A stretch of DNA of 49,003 nt from Candidatus Anoxychlamydiales bacterium (GTDB lineage: Bacteria > Chlamydiota > Chlamydiia > Chlamydiales > SM23-39). Where the stretch lies: assembly GCA_011065045.1 (NCBI GenBank), contig JAAKFN010000001.1, positions 1-49,003 on the forward strand. Direction: 5' to 3'. Every line of letters starts with the position of its first letter. Position 1 is the stretch's first letter. The position numbers and the translations under genes are program-made. Below the pieces are notes generated by a model that made no database searches, was not told where the DNA came from, and saw only the letters and a list, made by a program, of their open reading frames with translations. Below, piece after piece: positions 1 to 8,661 of the stretch.

Positions 1-88
1 ATCAGATGGCACAAAAGATGTTATTCAAGAATCTCATTCAAATGATTATGGAGTAACTTTTTCTATTCCAAAGGTAGTTTCTAATTAA
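1..88 (+). CDS. 3' end of a BNR/Asp-box repeat protein (partial, runs off window start)
   Basis: Frame starting at nt 2 reads SDGTKDVIQESHSNDYGVTFSIPKVVSN then TAA at 86-88. This is the same terminal blade pattern (DG.KDVIQ..S.D.G.TFS) as the C-termini of the ORFs at 255..1619 and 5369..6739. Confidence 0.7.
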   Translation, partial: SDGTKDVIQESHSNDYGVTFSIPKVVSN

Positions 89-104
89 ATTTGAAGAAGA
101 ATTT

Positions 105-128
105 ATAGGCGCTTAATTAAGCGCCTAT
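105..128. terminator. Perfect 24-bp palindrome ataggcgcttaattaagcgcctat (possible hairpin terminator)
   Basis: Self-complementary over its full length, with a GC-rich stem core in an AT-rich spacer just after the stop at 86-88. No clear T-run follows, so its role as an intrinsic terminator is tentative. Confidence 0.35.
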
Positions 129-254
129 GAGTAAGAATGTATTTCATTTATCGAGAATCTTAAAGAAAGGATTCCAATGCAAAATATAAATTGTCTATTA
201 ATAAATTTTTTTTTAATATTCTTTCAATTTTTTAAAAAATTGAAAGGTATTTTT

Positions 255-1619
255 ATGAAATCTAAGCTTAATTTATTTGCTTTGCTTTTGATAATTTTGA
301 ATTTTTTATCAACGGATAAACTTTTAGCTTTGGTTGAAAATGCTAAAAATCCTCAGATAATAACTAATGGAGATGGTAAATATGTTTATGCTATCTGGGC
401 TAAAAATGATTCTGAAAAAGATATTATTCAAATAACTATATCTTCAGATTATGCTCAAACCTGGCCAGTCCCTGATGATCTTTCAACTACTGGACAAAAT
501 GCTGCTATGGCTTATTTAGCAAATGATATCTATCAAAGATTTATATATGGAATATGGACAAGATCAAACGGCTCCAATGATATAGTTCAATTCTCTTATT
601 CAAAAGGTTATCCATTTGAAAACTGGTCTTCTCCAATTAATCTTTCAGATACTGGAGAAAATGCGAATAATCCAAAAGCTGTAACTAATTTTATTGGAAA
701 AAATATTTATGCAATTTGGGCACGATCAAATGGCACAAATGATATTATTCAATTTTGTAAATCTACAGATTTTGGTCAAAATTTTTCAAGTGCAATTGAT
801 TTATCTATAGCTGGATTTTCTGCTACTAATCAGCAAATATCTACAAATGAGAATCAAAATTTTGTTTGCACTGTTTGGCAAAGATCAAACGGCACAAATG
901 ATATTATACAATTTAGAAATTCTTTAGATTATGGAGAAAATTGGAGCTCGATTGCAGATTTATCAACTTCTGGGCAAAATGCAAACAATCCTCAAATAAA
1001 AACAACAGATAATATGCTTTATACTATTTGGATTAGATCAAATGGTACAAATGATATTGTTCAGCTTCGCTCATCTATCTTTACTGGAAATAGTTGGTCC
1101 TCTGTACTTGATTTATCAACTTTAGGACAAAATGCAATAAATCCTCAAATTACAGCAGATCAAAGTGGAAAAAAAGCTTATGCAATCTGGGTAAGATCAA
1201 ATGGCTCAAATGATATCATTCAAATGTCTTACACTTCCGATTTTAGCGCTACTTGGTCCAGCCCAATAGATTTATCAGCTACTCTTCAAAGTGCAGAAAA
1301 TCCTCAAATAATAACAGATGATATGGGGCAAAATATTTATGCAACTTGGGTAAGATCAAATGGCTCAAATGATATTATACAAGAATCCCATTCAATTGAT
1401 TTTGGAGCTACGTGGAGTTCTCCCATAGATTTATCTGATACTCTTCAAAATGCAAAAAATCCTCAAATAACCGTATCAGATGATGGCGTCAAAACTTATA
1501 TAGTTTGGACAAGATCAGATGGTATAAAAGACGTTATTCAAATGTCATCATCACAATTTTATGGATCTTCTTTCTCAGATCCTCAAAGCATATCGAATTA
1601 TATAACTGTTTATAAATAA
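255..1619 (+). CDS. Secreted BNR/Asp-box repeat beta-propeller protein, subtype A (sialidase-like fold)
   Basis: Hydrophobic leader MKSKLNLFALLLIILNFL. About nine tandem ~45-50 aa units contain NPQI.., IYAIW.RSNG.NDIIQ and the Asp-box-like S.DFG.TWSSPIDLS. The ORF track begins at 177, but the ATG at 255 directly precedes the signal-like segment. Confidence 0.8.
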   Translation: MKSKLNLFALLLIILNFLSTDKLLALVENAKNPQIITNGDGKYVYAIWAKNDSEKDIIQITISSDYAQTWPVPDDLSTTGQNAAMAYLANDIYQRFIYGIWTRSNGSNDIVQFSYSKGYPFENWSSPINLSDTGENANNPKAVTNFIGKNIYAIWARSNGTNDIIQFCKSTDFGQNFSSAIDLSIAGFSATNQQISTNENQNFVCTVWQRSNGTNDIIQFRNSLDYGENWSSIADLSTSGQNANNPQIKTTDNMLYTIWIRSNGTNDIVQLRSSIFTGNSWSSVLDLSTLGQNAINPQITADQSGKKAYAIWVRSNGSNDIIQMSYTSDFSATWSSPIDLSATLQSAENPQIITDDMGQNIYATWVRSNGSNDIIQESHSIDFGATWSSPIDLSDTLQNAKNPQITVSDDGVKTYIVWTRSDGIKDVIQMSSSQFYGSSFSDPQSISNYITVYK

Positions 1620-1635
1620 TTAAGGAGAAAAAAAG

Positions 1636-3075
1636 ATGATTTATAAATTTTTTTTTTCAAGTAATAAATTTCGATTGTTTATTCGTAATTTATGTTTTTT
1701 TTCATTCATGCTCTCTTCATTTTTTACAATAAATGCCTTTTCTGAAGTTGTTTGGCAATTGCCCCCTGAGCAGAGAAGTCCGTCGGCGCTGGATTCTACT
1801 GACCAAGTTATAGTTACCGATGCAACAGGTGCCAATGTTGCTATTATTTGGCGAGGGGGTAATACAGCTGTCCAGGCAGCAATTTCAAATGATTTTGGAG
1901 TTAATTGGACATCTCCTTTCAATCTATCAGCAGCTGCAGGCTCTTTCACAAACGCAGAAGATATAACCATGTCAAAAAGTGGACAATATATCTATGGTAT
2001 CTGGCCAAGAAACGCAGCAGGAGTTCTTCAGATTGAACTTTCTAGATCTATAGATTTTGGTGTTAGCTGGACTCCAATAGGTTCTGTTAAAGTTTTATCT
2101 GATACGTCTTCAGCAGGGGTCCAATCGCATGTAGCAACAGATAGTTCAGGGCAGTTTGTTTATGCAATTTGGCAACAAGTAGTTGGTGCAGATAATATAA
2201 TTACAACATCTAGATCAACTGATTTTGGAGCTAATTGGACTCTGCCTGGATCTGCAATCGCTTTATCAGCCGCTGGAGAGGATGCTTCTGGTTCAGAAAT
2301 CACAACAAATGGTTCTGGTCAATATGTATTTGCCATATGGAAAAGAGTTGATGGAGGTGCTGCTAAAACAAGAATTCAAACATCTAGATCTGTAGATTTT
2401 GGAGCTAGCTGGACTCCAGTTGGCTCTGTTATTACTCTTTCTGCTGATGATCAAAATGCAACTAACCAAAGAATTATGACAAGTACTTCTGGAAAGTACG
2501 TTTATGCAGTATGGGAGAAAATAATAGATGGATCAAATACAAATATACAGTTTGCAAGATCTACAGATTTTGGAGCCACTTTTTCTAGCACTGTAAATAT
2601 TGTGTCGAGTATTGGGAAAGCTACTAAGCCAGAAATAGCAATCGATGATACTGGACAATATGTTTATCTAGTTTATCGGGTAGACACCGGTGGAAGGATT
2701 CTATTATCAAGATCTACAGATTTTGGAGCTACCTTTTCTTCTCCTATAACCGTTTCATCAGGTAGCTCAAATAATAACCCTGCGATTACAACTGATAAAA
2801 CTGGTAAAAATGTTTATGTTATTTGGAGTAGTACAGGTTCTGCAAAGGATGCAAGCTCTTCATCTGATTTTGGTCAAACTTTTTCTGCTCCTGAAACATT
2901 AACAGGTAGTTCAGAGTCTTTTATAGATGCTTCTATAACAACGGATAGTAGTGGAAGATATGTTTATGCAGCATTTGATATAGCAGATCCTAGTTTTTCT
3001 GTAATTATTCATTCAATAAGAGCTTTAGATCAATTATTATTAACTACTCCGATAATACGGGTATTTAGGGAATAA
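1636..3075 (+). CDS. Secreted BNR/Asp-box repeat beta-propeller protein, subtype B
   Basis: aaggag RBS upstream of the ATG and a hydrophobic N-terminus. Asp-box motifs recur: SNDFGVNWT, SIDFGVSWT, STDFGANWT, SVDFGASWT, STDFGATFS (x2), SSDFGQTFS. Each is preceded by D.[ST]GQYVYA.W. Confidence 0.8.
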   Translation: MIYKFFFSSNKFRLFIRNLCFFSFMLSSFFTINAFSEVVWQLPPEQRSPSALDSTDQVIVTDATGANVAIIWRGGNTAVQAAISNDFGVNWTSPFNLSAAAGSFTNAEDITMSKSGQYIYGIWPRNAAGVLQIELSRSIDFGVSWTPIGSVKVLSDTSSAGVQSHVATDSSGQFVYAIWQQVVGADNIITTSRSTDFGANWTLPGSAIALSAAGEDASGSEITTNGSGQYVFAIWKRVDGGAAKTRIQTSRSVDFGASWTPVGSVITLSADDQNATNQRIMTSTSGKYVYAVWEKIIDGSNTNIQFARSTDFGATFSSTVNIVSSIGKATKPEIAIDDTGQYVYLVYRVDTGGRILLSRSTDFGATFSSPITVSSGSSNNNPAITTDKTGKNVYVIWSSTGSAKDASSSSDFGQTFSAPETLTGSSESFIDASITTDSSGRYVYAAFDIADPSFSVIIHSIRALDQLLLTTPIIRVFRE

Positions 3076-3076
3076 A

Positions 3077-4090
3077 TTAGATATCTAATGATAAGCTAAA
3101 TGTCAACCCATTGAATTTTAAATTATTTCTAGAGACTGTTTTAACAGCTGTTGGATCTTCATCCATAAATCTTTTTAACTGAATCTGATCCCAAAAGTGT
3201 AAAAATTCATATCCAACTTTAATCGATAATTTATTTACGGTATTTTTAAATGATCTATCAAAACTTAACCCAAAAGCGATATCGGTATTTGGTTGAACTT
3301 GGTATGTTTTTTCTTTGATAGTATATCTAGTAAAAGCGGATACTTCACCAGGAGATTTTTGAGATAAATCTACTCTTCCATAAAGCAGCGCAAAATTAGT
3401 TTTTGCATAAAAAGAGTAATGGGATGTTATAATAAAATCAGCTGCATATCCTGCTTTTACACCAACTCCTAAGTAATCATTTTTAGCTCTTACGGTAGTT
3501 ATTGTATTTGCTATATCATATGCTATTTTATATTTTTGATTTATTATTGCTCCTCTAACACCTATCGAAGGTTTAGATATGTAATATTTACTAACTAGGT
3601 ACGGTTTTGATATATTTAAATCTAAAGTATTAAAATCACCAGATAAACTAGCAGATGCTCTAATGCCATTTAAAAAATTGGGAGGTAGAAATAAATTGTA
3701 TATCGTGCCTCTAACATTTGTATCGGAGGCTCTTTTCATTTTTATATAAGTCCATGTTAAATCCAAATATTTTTCAGTTATTGATGTTTTTGATAGAGAA
3801 AATCCAAAAGTTATTCTAAGTCCTGGATTGAATTTTTGTTCATTTCTAAATTTTTTCGAACCATCATTAACTATTTCGGCATACTCTATACCATCTTCGA
3901 AAAAGTTCATAAGAAGATAGGTTAATTCAGTAAAATGTTTTTTTGGATAGATCGGTTTTGAATAAGTTAATGGCCAAATACTGCTGGATCGGTTTTTATA
4001 ATTACATGTTTGTCTACACGATTGTTTTTCTTCTGAGAAACAAAAAATATTTAAGCTTAAAAAAAATAATAAAAATAAAAAACTTTTCAT
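3077..4090 (-). CDS. Outer-membrane beta-barrel porin-like protein (MOMP-like candidate), paralog 1
   Basis: Signal peptide MKSFLFLLFFLSLNIFCF, alternating hydrophobic beta-strand-like pattern, and a C-terminal ...LTFSLSLDI. It is strongly similar along its full length to the adjacent 4220..5233 ORF. Confidence 0.6.
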   Translation of the reverse strand: MKSFLFLLFFLSLNIFCFSEEKQSCRQTCNYKNRSSSIWPLTYSKPIYPKKHFTELTYLLMNFFEDGIEYAEIVNDGSKKFRNEQKFNPGLRITFGFSLSKTSITEKYLDLTWTYIKMKRASDTNVRGTIYNLFLPPNFLNGIRASASLSGDFNTLDLNISKPYLVSKYYISKPSIGVRGAIINQKYKIAYDIANTITTVRAKNDYLGVGVKAGYAADFIITSHYSFYAKTNFALLYGRVDLSQKSPGEVSAFTRYTIKEKTYQVQPNTDIAFGLSFDRSFKNTVNKLSIKVGYEFLHFWDQIQLKRFMDEDPTAVKTVSRNNLKFNGLTFSLSLDI

Positions 4091-4126
4091 AGTACCTATA
4101 ATTGTTTAGTGTAAAAAAAAAATGTA

Positions 4127-4163
4127 AAATTGTCTATTATTTGTAAGAAAAATAAATTATTTT
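4127..4163 (-). promoter_or_regulatory. Conserved 37-bp upstream element of OMP paralog 1
   Basis: aaattgtctattatttgtaagaaaaataaattatttt is identical to 5271..5307 and lies at the same distance (37-38 nt) upstream of each OMP start codon. Confidence 0.5.
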
Positions 4164-4219
4164 TTTATTAATATTTTCAAAATCAGAATTTACTAATATT
4201 TAATTAAAATTAAAGTGAA

Positions 4220-5233
4220 TTAAAAATCTAAAGCTAAACCAAATATTAATCCATTAAATTTTAAATTATTTCGAGAAACTGTTTTAACAGCAGTTGGATC
4301 TAGATCCATAAATCTTTTTAACTGAATCTGATCCCAAAAATGTAAAAATTCATATCCAACTTTAATCGATAATTTATTTATGGTATTTTTAGATGATCTA
4401 TCAAAACTTAACCCAAAAGCAATTTCTGAATTCGGTTGAATTTGATATGTTTTCTCTTCAATGGTATATCTAGTTAAAGGGCTTATTTCGCCAGGAGATA
4501 TTTGAGATAAATCTACTCTTCCATAAAGCAAAGCAAAATTTGTTTTAGCATAAAAAGAGAAGTTAGAAGTTATAATAAAATCAGCTGCGTATCCTGCTTT
4601 TAGACCAATTCCTAAATAATCGTTTTTAGCTCTTAGAGTAGCTGTCATATTCACTATTTCATATGCAATTTTATATTTTTGATTTATTAGCGCTCCTCTA
4701 ATTCCAATTGATGGTTTAGATATGTAATATTTACTAACATGATATGGTTTTGATATATTTAAATCTAAAGTATGAAAGTTTCCAGATAAACTTCCAGATG
4801 CTTTAGAAGAATTTAAAAAGTAGGGAGGTAGAAATAGAGTATTTATTGTATTTTCACCATCTATATGAGAGGATCTTTTCATTTTTATATAAGTCCATGT
4901 TAAATCCAAATATCTCTCAGCTATTGGTGTTTTAGTAAGAGTAAATCCAAAAATTATTCTTAGTCCTGGATTGAATTTTTGTTCATTTTTAAAACCTATT
5001 GAATCTCCAGTCACTTTTTCAGCATATTCTGTGCCATCTTCAAAAAAGTTCATAAGAAGATAGTTAAATTCAGTAAAATACTTTTTTGGATAGATGTTTT
5101 TTGAATAAGTTAAAGGCCAAATACTGCTGAATCGTTTTTGATAATTACTAGTTTGTCTATCAATTGTTTTTTCTTCTGAAAAAGAAAAAATAGTTAAACC
5201 TAAAAAAAATAATAAAAATGAATTTTTTTTCAT
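4220..5233 (-). CDS. Outer-membrane beta-barrel porin-like protein (MOMP-like candidate), paralog 2
   Basis: Signal peptide MKKNSFLLFFLGLTIFSF and a C-terminal aromatic residue (...GLALDF). It is a tandem paralog of 3077..4090. Confidence 0.6.
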   Translation of the reverse strand: MKKNSFLLFFLGLTIFSFSEEKTIDRQTSNYQKRFSSIWPLTYSKNIYPKKYFTEFNYLLMNFFEDGTEYAEKVTGDSIGFKNEQKFNPGLRIIFGFTLTKTPIAERYLDLTWTYIKMKRSSHIDGENTINTLFLPPYFLNSSKASGSLSGNFHTLDLNISKPYHVSKYYISKPSIGIRGALINQKYKIAYEIVNMTATLRAKNDYLGIGLKAGYAADFIITSNFSFYAKTNFALLYGRVDLSQISPGEISPLTRYTIEEKTYQIQPNSEIAFGLSFDRSSKNTINKLSIKVGYEFLHFWDQIQLKRFMDLDPTAVKTVSRNNLKFNGLIFGLALDF

Positions 5234-5270
5234 AGTACATTTATTTTCTTCATTGTAAGAAAAACTTGTG

Positions 5271-5307
5271 AAATTGTCTATTATTTGTAAGAAAAATAAA
5301 TTATTTT
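5271..5307 (-). promoter_or_regulatory. Conserved 37-bp upstream element of OMP paralog 2
   Basis: Identical 37-mer to 4127..4163. Confidence 0.5.
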
Positions 5308-5368
5308 CTTTAATTTTTGTAAAATTTTTATTAATATTTTTATAATTTTATTTTTCAATGGAGTTATT

Positions 5369-6739
5369 ATGAAACTTTTAAGAAAATTACGGTTTTTTTT
5401 AATTTTTATATTTTTTAGTTTTTTATCAATAAATAAACTTTGTTGTTTAGTTGAAAATGCAAAAAATCCAAAAATTATTGCTTATAACAATGGGAATATT
5501 TCAGCTATATGGACTAAAAACGATGGGACAAACGATATTATCCAATCGTCTTACTCTTCTGATTTTGGTCAAACTTGGTCAACTCCCATAAATTTATCCG
5601 TTAGTGGAGAGAATGCAGCAGAACCTAGATTTTCAAATGATAATAAAATAAGTAATTTATATGCTATTTGGAAGAGATTTGATGGCTTCAATGATATTAT
5701 TCAATTTTCTTCTTCAAAAGATTTTGGTATAAATTGGATTACGCCAAATAATTTATCAGATCTTGGACAAAATGCTTTTACTTCGCATATTACGACAGGT
5801 ATTTTTAATAATAAAATCTACGCACTTTGGGCAAGATCAAACTCAGCAAATGATTGGGCAAGACCAAGCGCAACAAATGATATTATCCAGTTTATAAAAT
5901 CTGTAGATGGAGGTATAACATGGTCTACAATAAAAGATCTTTCATTAGTAGGACAAGGCGCTTCAAATCCTCAAATATCAATAGATCAACTTCATTTTAA
6001 TTTATCAACTATTTGGAAAAGATCAAATGGAGTGAATGATATTATTCAATTTAGATTTTCTAAAGATTGGGGAGATACTTGGAATGATGAAGTTGATTTA
6101 TCGCATGCAAATAGAAATTCAAAAGATCCTAAAGTGATTTCTATATACAATAGCATCTATGCAATTTGGACTCAGACAGATGGAAGCTATGATGTAATTC
6201 ATTTTAAAGGCTCAAGAGATAGATCTTCCACATGGTTAAATTCTATTGCATTATCTAATGATAGGCAAACAGCTAAACATCCTCAGTTTATAGCTCCTAA
6301 TGGTGGGCAATTTATATATGCAATATGGGCAAGAAATAATGGTGTTAATGATATTATACAACTCATATATTCTTATGATTCAGGAACCACATTCTCTTCC
6401 GTAGTGGATTTATCAACTTCTGGACAAACAGCCAAAAATCCTGAGCTAACTTCAGATGAATATGGAAAATATATTTATACTACTTGGGCAAGATCAGATG
6501 GGCTAAACGATATTATTCAATTTTCAAGATCCATAGATTTTGGAAAAACGTTTTCTTCTGCAATAAATTTGTCACTTTCTGGACAGACAGCTAAAAATCC
6601 ATATATTACAACAGATATTTATGGATTAAATATTTATGTAATATGGGTAAGAAATGATGGAACAAAAGATGTAATTCAAATGGTTTATTCATCAGATTTT
6701 GGAGAGACGTTTTCTAATTCAATAATTATCTCAAACTAA
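5369..6739 (+). CDS. Secreted BNR/Asp-box repeat beta-propeller protein, subtype A (second copy)
   Basis: ggag RBS and leader MKLLRKLRFFLIFIFFSFL. It has the same LVENAKNP start and the same IYAIW.R..G.NDIIQ / S.DFG.TWS blades as 255..1619. Confidence 0.8.
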   Translation: MKLLRKLRFFLIFIFFSFLSINKLCCLVENAKNPKIIAYNNGNISAIWTKNDGTNDIIQSSYSSDFGQTWSTPINLSVSGENAAEPRFSNDNKISNLYAIWKRFDGFNDIIQFSSSKDFGINWITPNNLSDLGQNAFTSHITTGIFNNKIYALWARSNSANDWARPSATNDIIQFIKSVDGGITWSTIKDLSLVGQGASNPQISIDQLHFNLSTIWKRSNGVNDIIQFRFSKDWGDTWNDEVDLSHANRNSKDPKVISIYNSIYAIWTQTDGSYDVIHFKGSRDRSSTWLNSIALSNDRQTAKHPQFIAPNGGQFIYAIWARNNGVNDIIQLIYSYDSGTTFSSVVDLSTSGQTAKNPELTSDEYGKYIYTTWARSDGLNDIIQFSRSIDFGKTFSSAINLSLSGQTAKNPYITTDIYGLNIYVIWVRNDGTKDVIQMVYSSDFGETFSNSIIISN

Positions 6740-6753
6740 AAAGGAAAATACTC

Positions 6754-8094
6754 ATGTTTTTTCAATTTCAAAAATTAATTAAAATAAAAAATGTTAAAAA
6801 ACTTCTTTTTATTATTTTTATGTTCCCAACAATATTTTTTGCTCAAGAAATTTTATGGGATAATGCTATAGATTTATCTGTATCGGGGAGCGATGCTACC
6901 AATGTTCATATAGTAACTTCTAGCTCAGGGCAATATGTTCATACAGTTTGGGAAAGAAGTAATATAATACAATCTAGAAGTTCATCTGATTCTGGACAAA
7001 CATATGGAGTTGTAAAGGATGTTTCTCCTGGTGGTAAATTTACAACAGAGCCGCAAATAACAACAGATAGCTCTGGTCAACATGTTTATATAATATGGCG
7101 TAATCTTTCAGATAATACAATTCAAGTAGCATCTTCATCAGATTTTGGAGCAACCTTTCCGATAGCCTCAATTAAAACTCTAGAGTCAGGTATTTTTATT
7201 AACCCTTTGATTGTCACAGATAGTACAGGTCAGTTTGTTCATACCACATGGCAGGATCTCAGTGGTAATGTAAGTTCTATTTCTTCTTCAGATTTTGGAA
7301 AGACTTTTTCATTTGCACAAAATGTTTCTTTTACCGGGGGAGATTCTATCGAAGAAGTAAAAATAGATACGAATTCAACTGGACAATATGTTTACATCGG
7401 ATGGTCAAACGTTTCTTTGAATAAGATGCAAATTAATGTTTCATCAGATTTTGGCGTTACCTGGTCAGCTCCAACAGTAAGGACGATTCCTGGATCATTA
7501 AAATCTTCTGCTGGATTTGATTTAAGGATAGATAATACTGGACAGCATGGATATATTGTATGGGACGATTCAGGATTAAATATAAACATAAGTAGATCAT
7601 CGGACTTTGGAAATAGTTGGACAACTACAAAAATAATATCTGTCCTTTCTGTAACACGTCCTAGTTTAGATATTAGCGCTGATGGAAAATATGTACATGT
7701 TGTTTGGGTAAACTCTGGAACTACTGAAATATATGTAAGATCTTCATTAGATTTTGGAGCTAACTTTTCTTCTATTAAAACTTTATCAATAATACTTCCA
7801 GTAAATGATCAGCCTAGGATAGCTGTAAATGATATTGGAAATATAGTGCAGATTCTTTGGTATGGAAGTTCCGGTGGAATCGGTTTTATTTTTTCTAGAA
7901 CATCATTTGATTTTGGAAATACTTTTTCGCCTGCACAAACAATAACTTCTATATCTGGGGGTTTCTCTGAGATAGCAACTAATAGATCAGGTAGCCTATC
8001 ATTCAGTATATGGCCTACCGATCAGGGGATTGCGCAAACAAGCGCCGGCACTTTAATACCTGACAATAATATAAAGGAAATAATTAGACCATAG
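6754..8094 (+). CDS. Secreted BNR/Asp-box repeat beta-propeller protein, subtype B (second copy)
   Basis: Hydrophobic N-terminus. SSDFG[AKVN].[FW][ST] Asp-boxes recur, each preceded by D.[ST]GQ[HFY]V[HY]. It occupies the same position after a subtype-A gene as 1636..3075 does. Confidence 0.8.
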   Translation: MFFQFQKLIKIKNVKKLLFIIFMFPTIFFAQEILWDNAIDLSVSGSDATNVHIVTSSSGQYVHTVWERSNIIQSRSSSDSGQTYGVVKDVSPGGKFTTEPQITTDSSGQHVYIIWRNLSDNTIQVASSSDFGATFPIASIKTLESGIFINPLIVTDSTGQFVHTTWQDLSGNVSSISSSDFGKTFSFAQNVSFTGGDSIEEVKIDTNSTGQYVYIGWSNVSLNKMQINVSSDFGVTWSAPTVRTIPGSLKSSAGFDLRIDNTGQHGYIVWDDSGLNINISRSSDFGNSWTTTKIISVLSVTRPSLDISADGKYVHVVWVNSGTTEIYVRSSLDFGANFSSIKTLSIILPVNDQPRIAVNDIGNIVQILWYGSSGGIGFIFSRTSFDFGNTFSPAQTITSISGGFSEIATNRSGSLSFSIWPTDQGIAQTSAGTLIPDNNIKEIIRP

Positions 8095-8130
8095 AGATAG
8101 CTCTAGTTAAAATTAGAACTATCACAGATA

Positions 8131-8661
8131 TCAAAATAAAAAAAGATGATCTAGCTTAATATCATGAATCTCTAATGGGAGTTTTGAATGAGAAAGCTGC
8201 TCTAAAAAACCTACACCTATTTTAATGCAATTTAGATTTTGTAAAAACCTGTCATAGTATCCTCTTCCAAAACCTAATCTATTATTATTTTTATCAAATA
8301 CAATCGCAGGAACTAAAATACATGAAATTTCACTCGGATCAATTTTTTTGCATTTTGTTGGATCTGGCTCTAAGATGTTAAAATTACCTTTTATAAGCTC
8401 TTCATCTGGGTTAGTTACTTCAAAAATATCTAAATTTAAGGCATTTACTTTGGGAAGGTATAGTCTGTTTTCTTCAGCTAGTTTTTTATTTAATGACCAA
8501 AGATTTATCTCTTTTGATTTTGGTGCAAAAGATAAAATTTTAGCAAAATTTAACTTTAAAATTTTTAAGCTTTTTTTAGATGCAAGAGATCTTCTAATAG
8601 GAGAGAGTTCATTTCTAAGTTTTATGAATTCTTTTCTAATGTTATTTTTTTTTAACATCAT
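8131..8661 (-). CDS. 5-formyltetrahydrofolate cyclo-ligase
   Basis: 176 aa with the family C-terminal signature ...VFDKNNNRLGFGRGYYDRFL. Size is typical of MTHFS. Confidence 0.75.
   Translation of the reverse strand: MMLKKNNIRKEFIKLRNELSPIRRSLASKKSLKILKLNFAKILSFAPKSKEINLWSLNKKLAEENRLYLPKVNALNLDIFEVTNPDEELIKGNFNILEPDPTKCKKIDPSEISCILVPAIVFDKNNNRLGFGRGYYDRFLQNLNCIKIGVGFLEQLSHSKLPLEIHDIKLDHLFLF

Noticed and set aside
105-128. The 24-bp perfect palindrome as a protein-binding site or mobile-element end.
   Set aside because: It occurs once in the window, sits directly after a stop codon, and is most simply a transcription-terminating hairpin. It contains ttaattaa, but that alone has no biological meaning.
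177-254. Upstream start at 177 for the first BNR gene, and start at 36980 for thyX.
   Set aside because: The extensions (MQNINCLLINFFLIFFQFFKKLKGIF and MLIKVKRDILKLLKNLGDSK) precede what look like the natural N-termini: the signal peptide at 255, and MVTTETFTKEQ at 37040. I cannot exclude them without RBS or TSS data.
1641-1970. 109-aa minus-strand ORF inside the subtype-B BNR gene. The same reasoning covers similar antisense ORFs at 7392..7589, 8348..8689, 9112..9378, 11153..11392, 13219..13404, 14861..15082, 15127..15363, 16229..16429 and 16726..17049.
   Set aside because: Each lies wholly inside a longer opposite-strand ORF that has clear family motifs or repeat structure. In AT-rich DNA, antisense frames of lysine/asparagine-rich genes often stay open by chance. 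None shows recognisable motifs.
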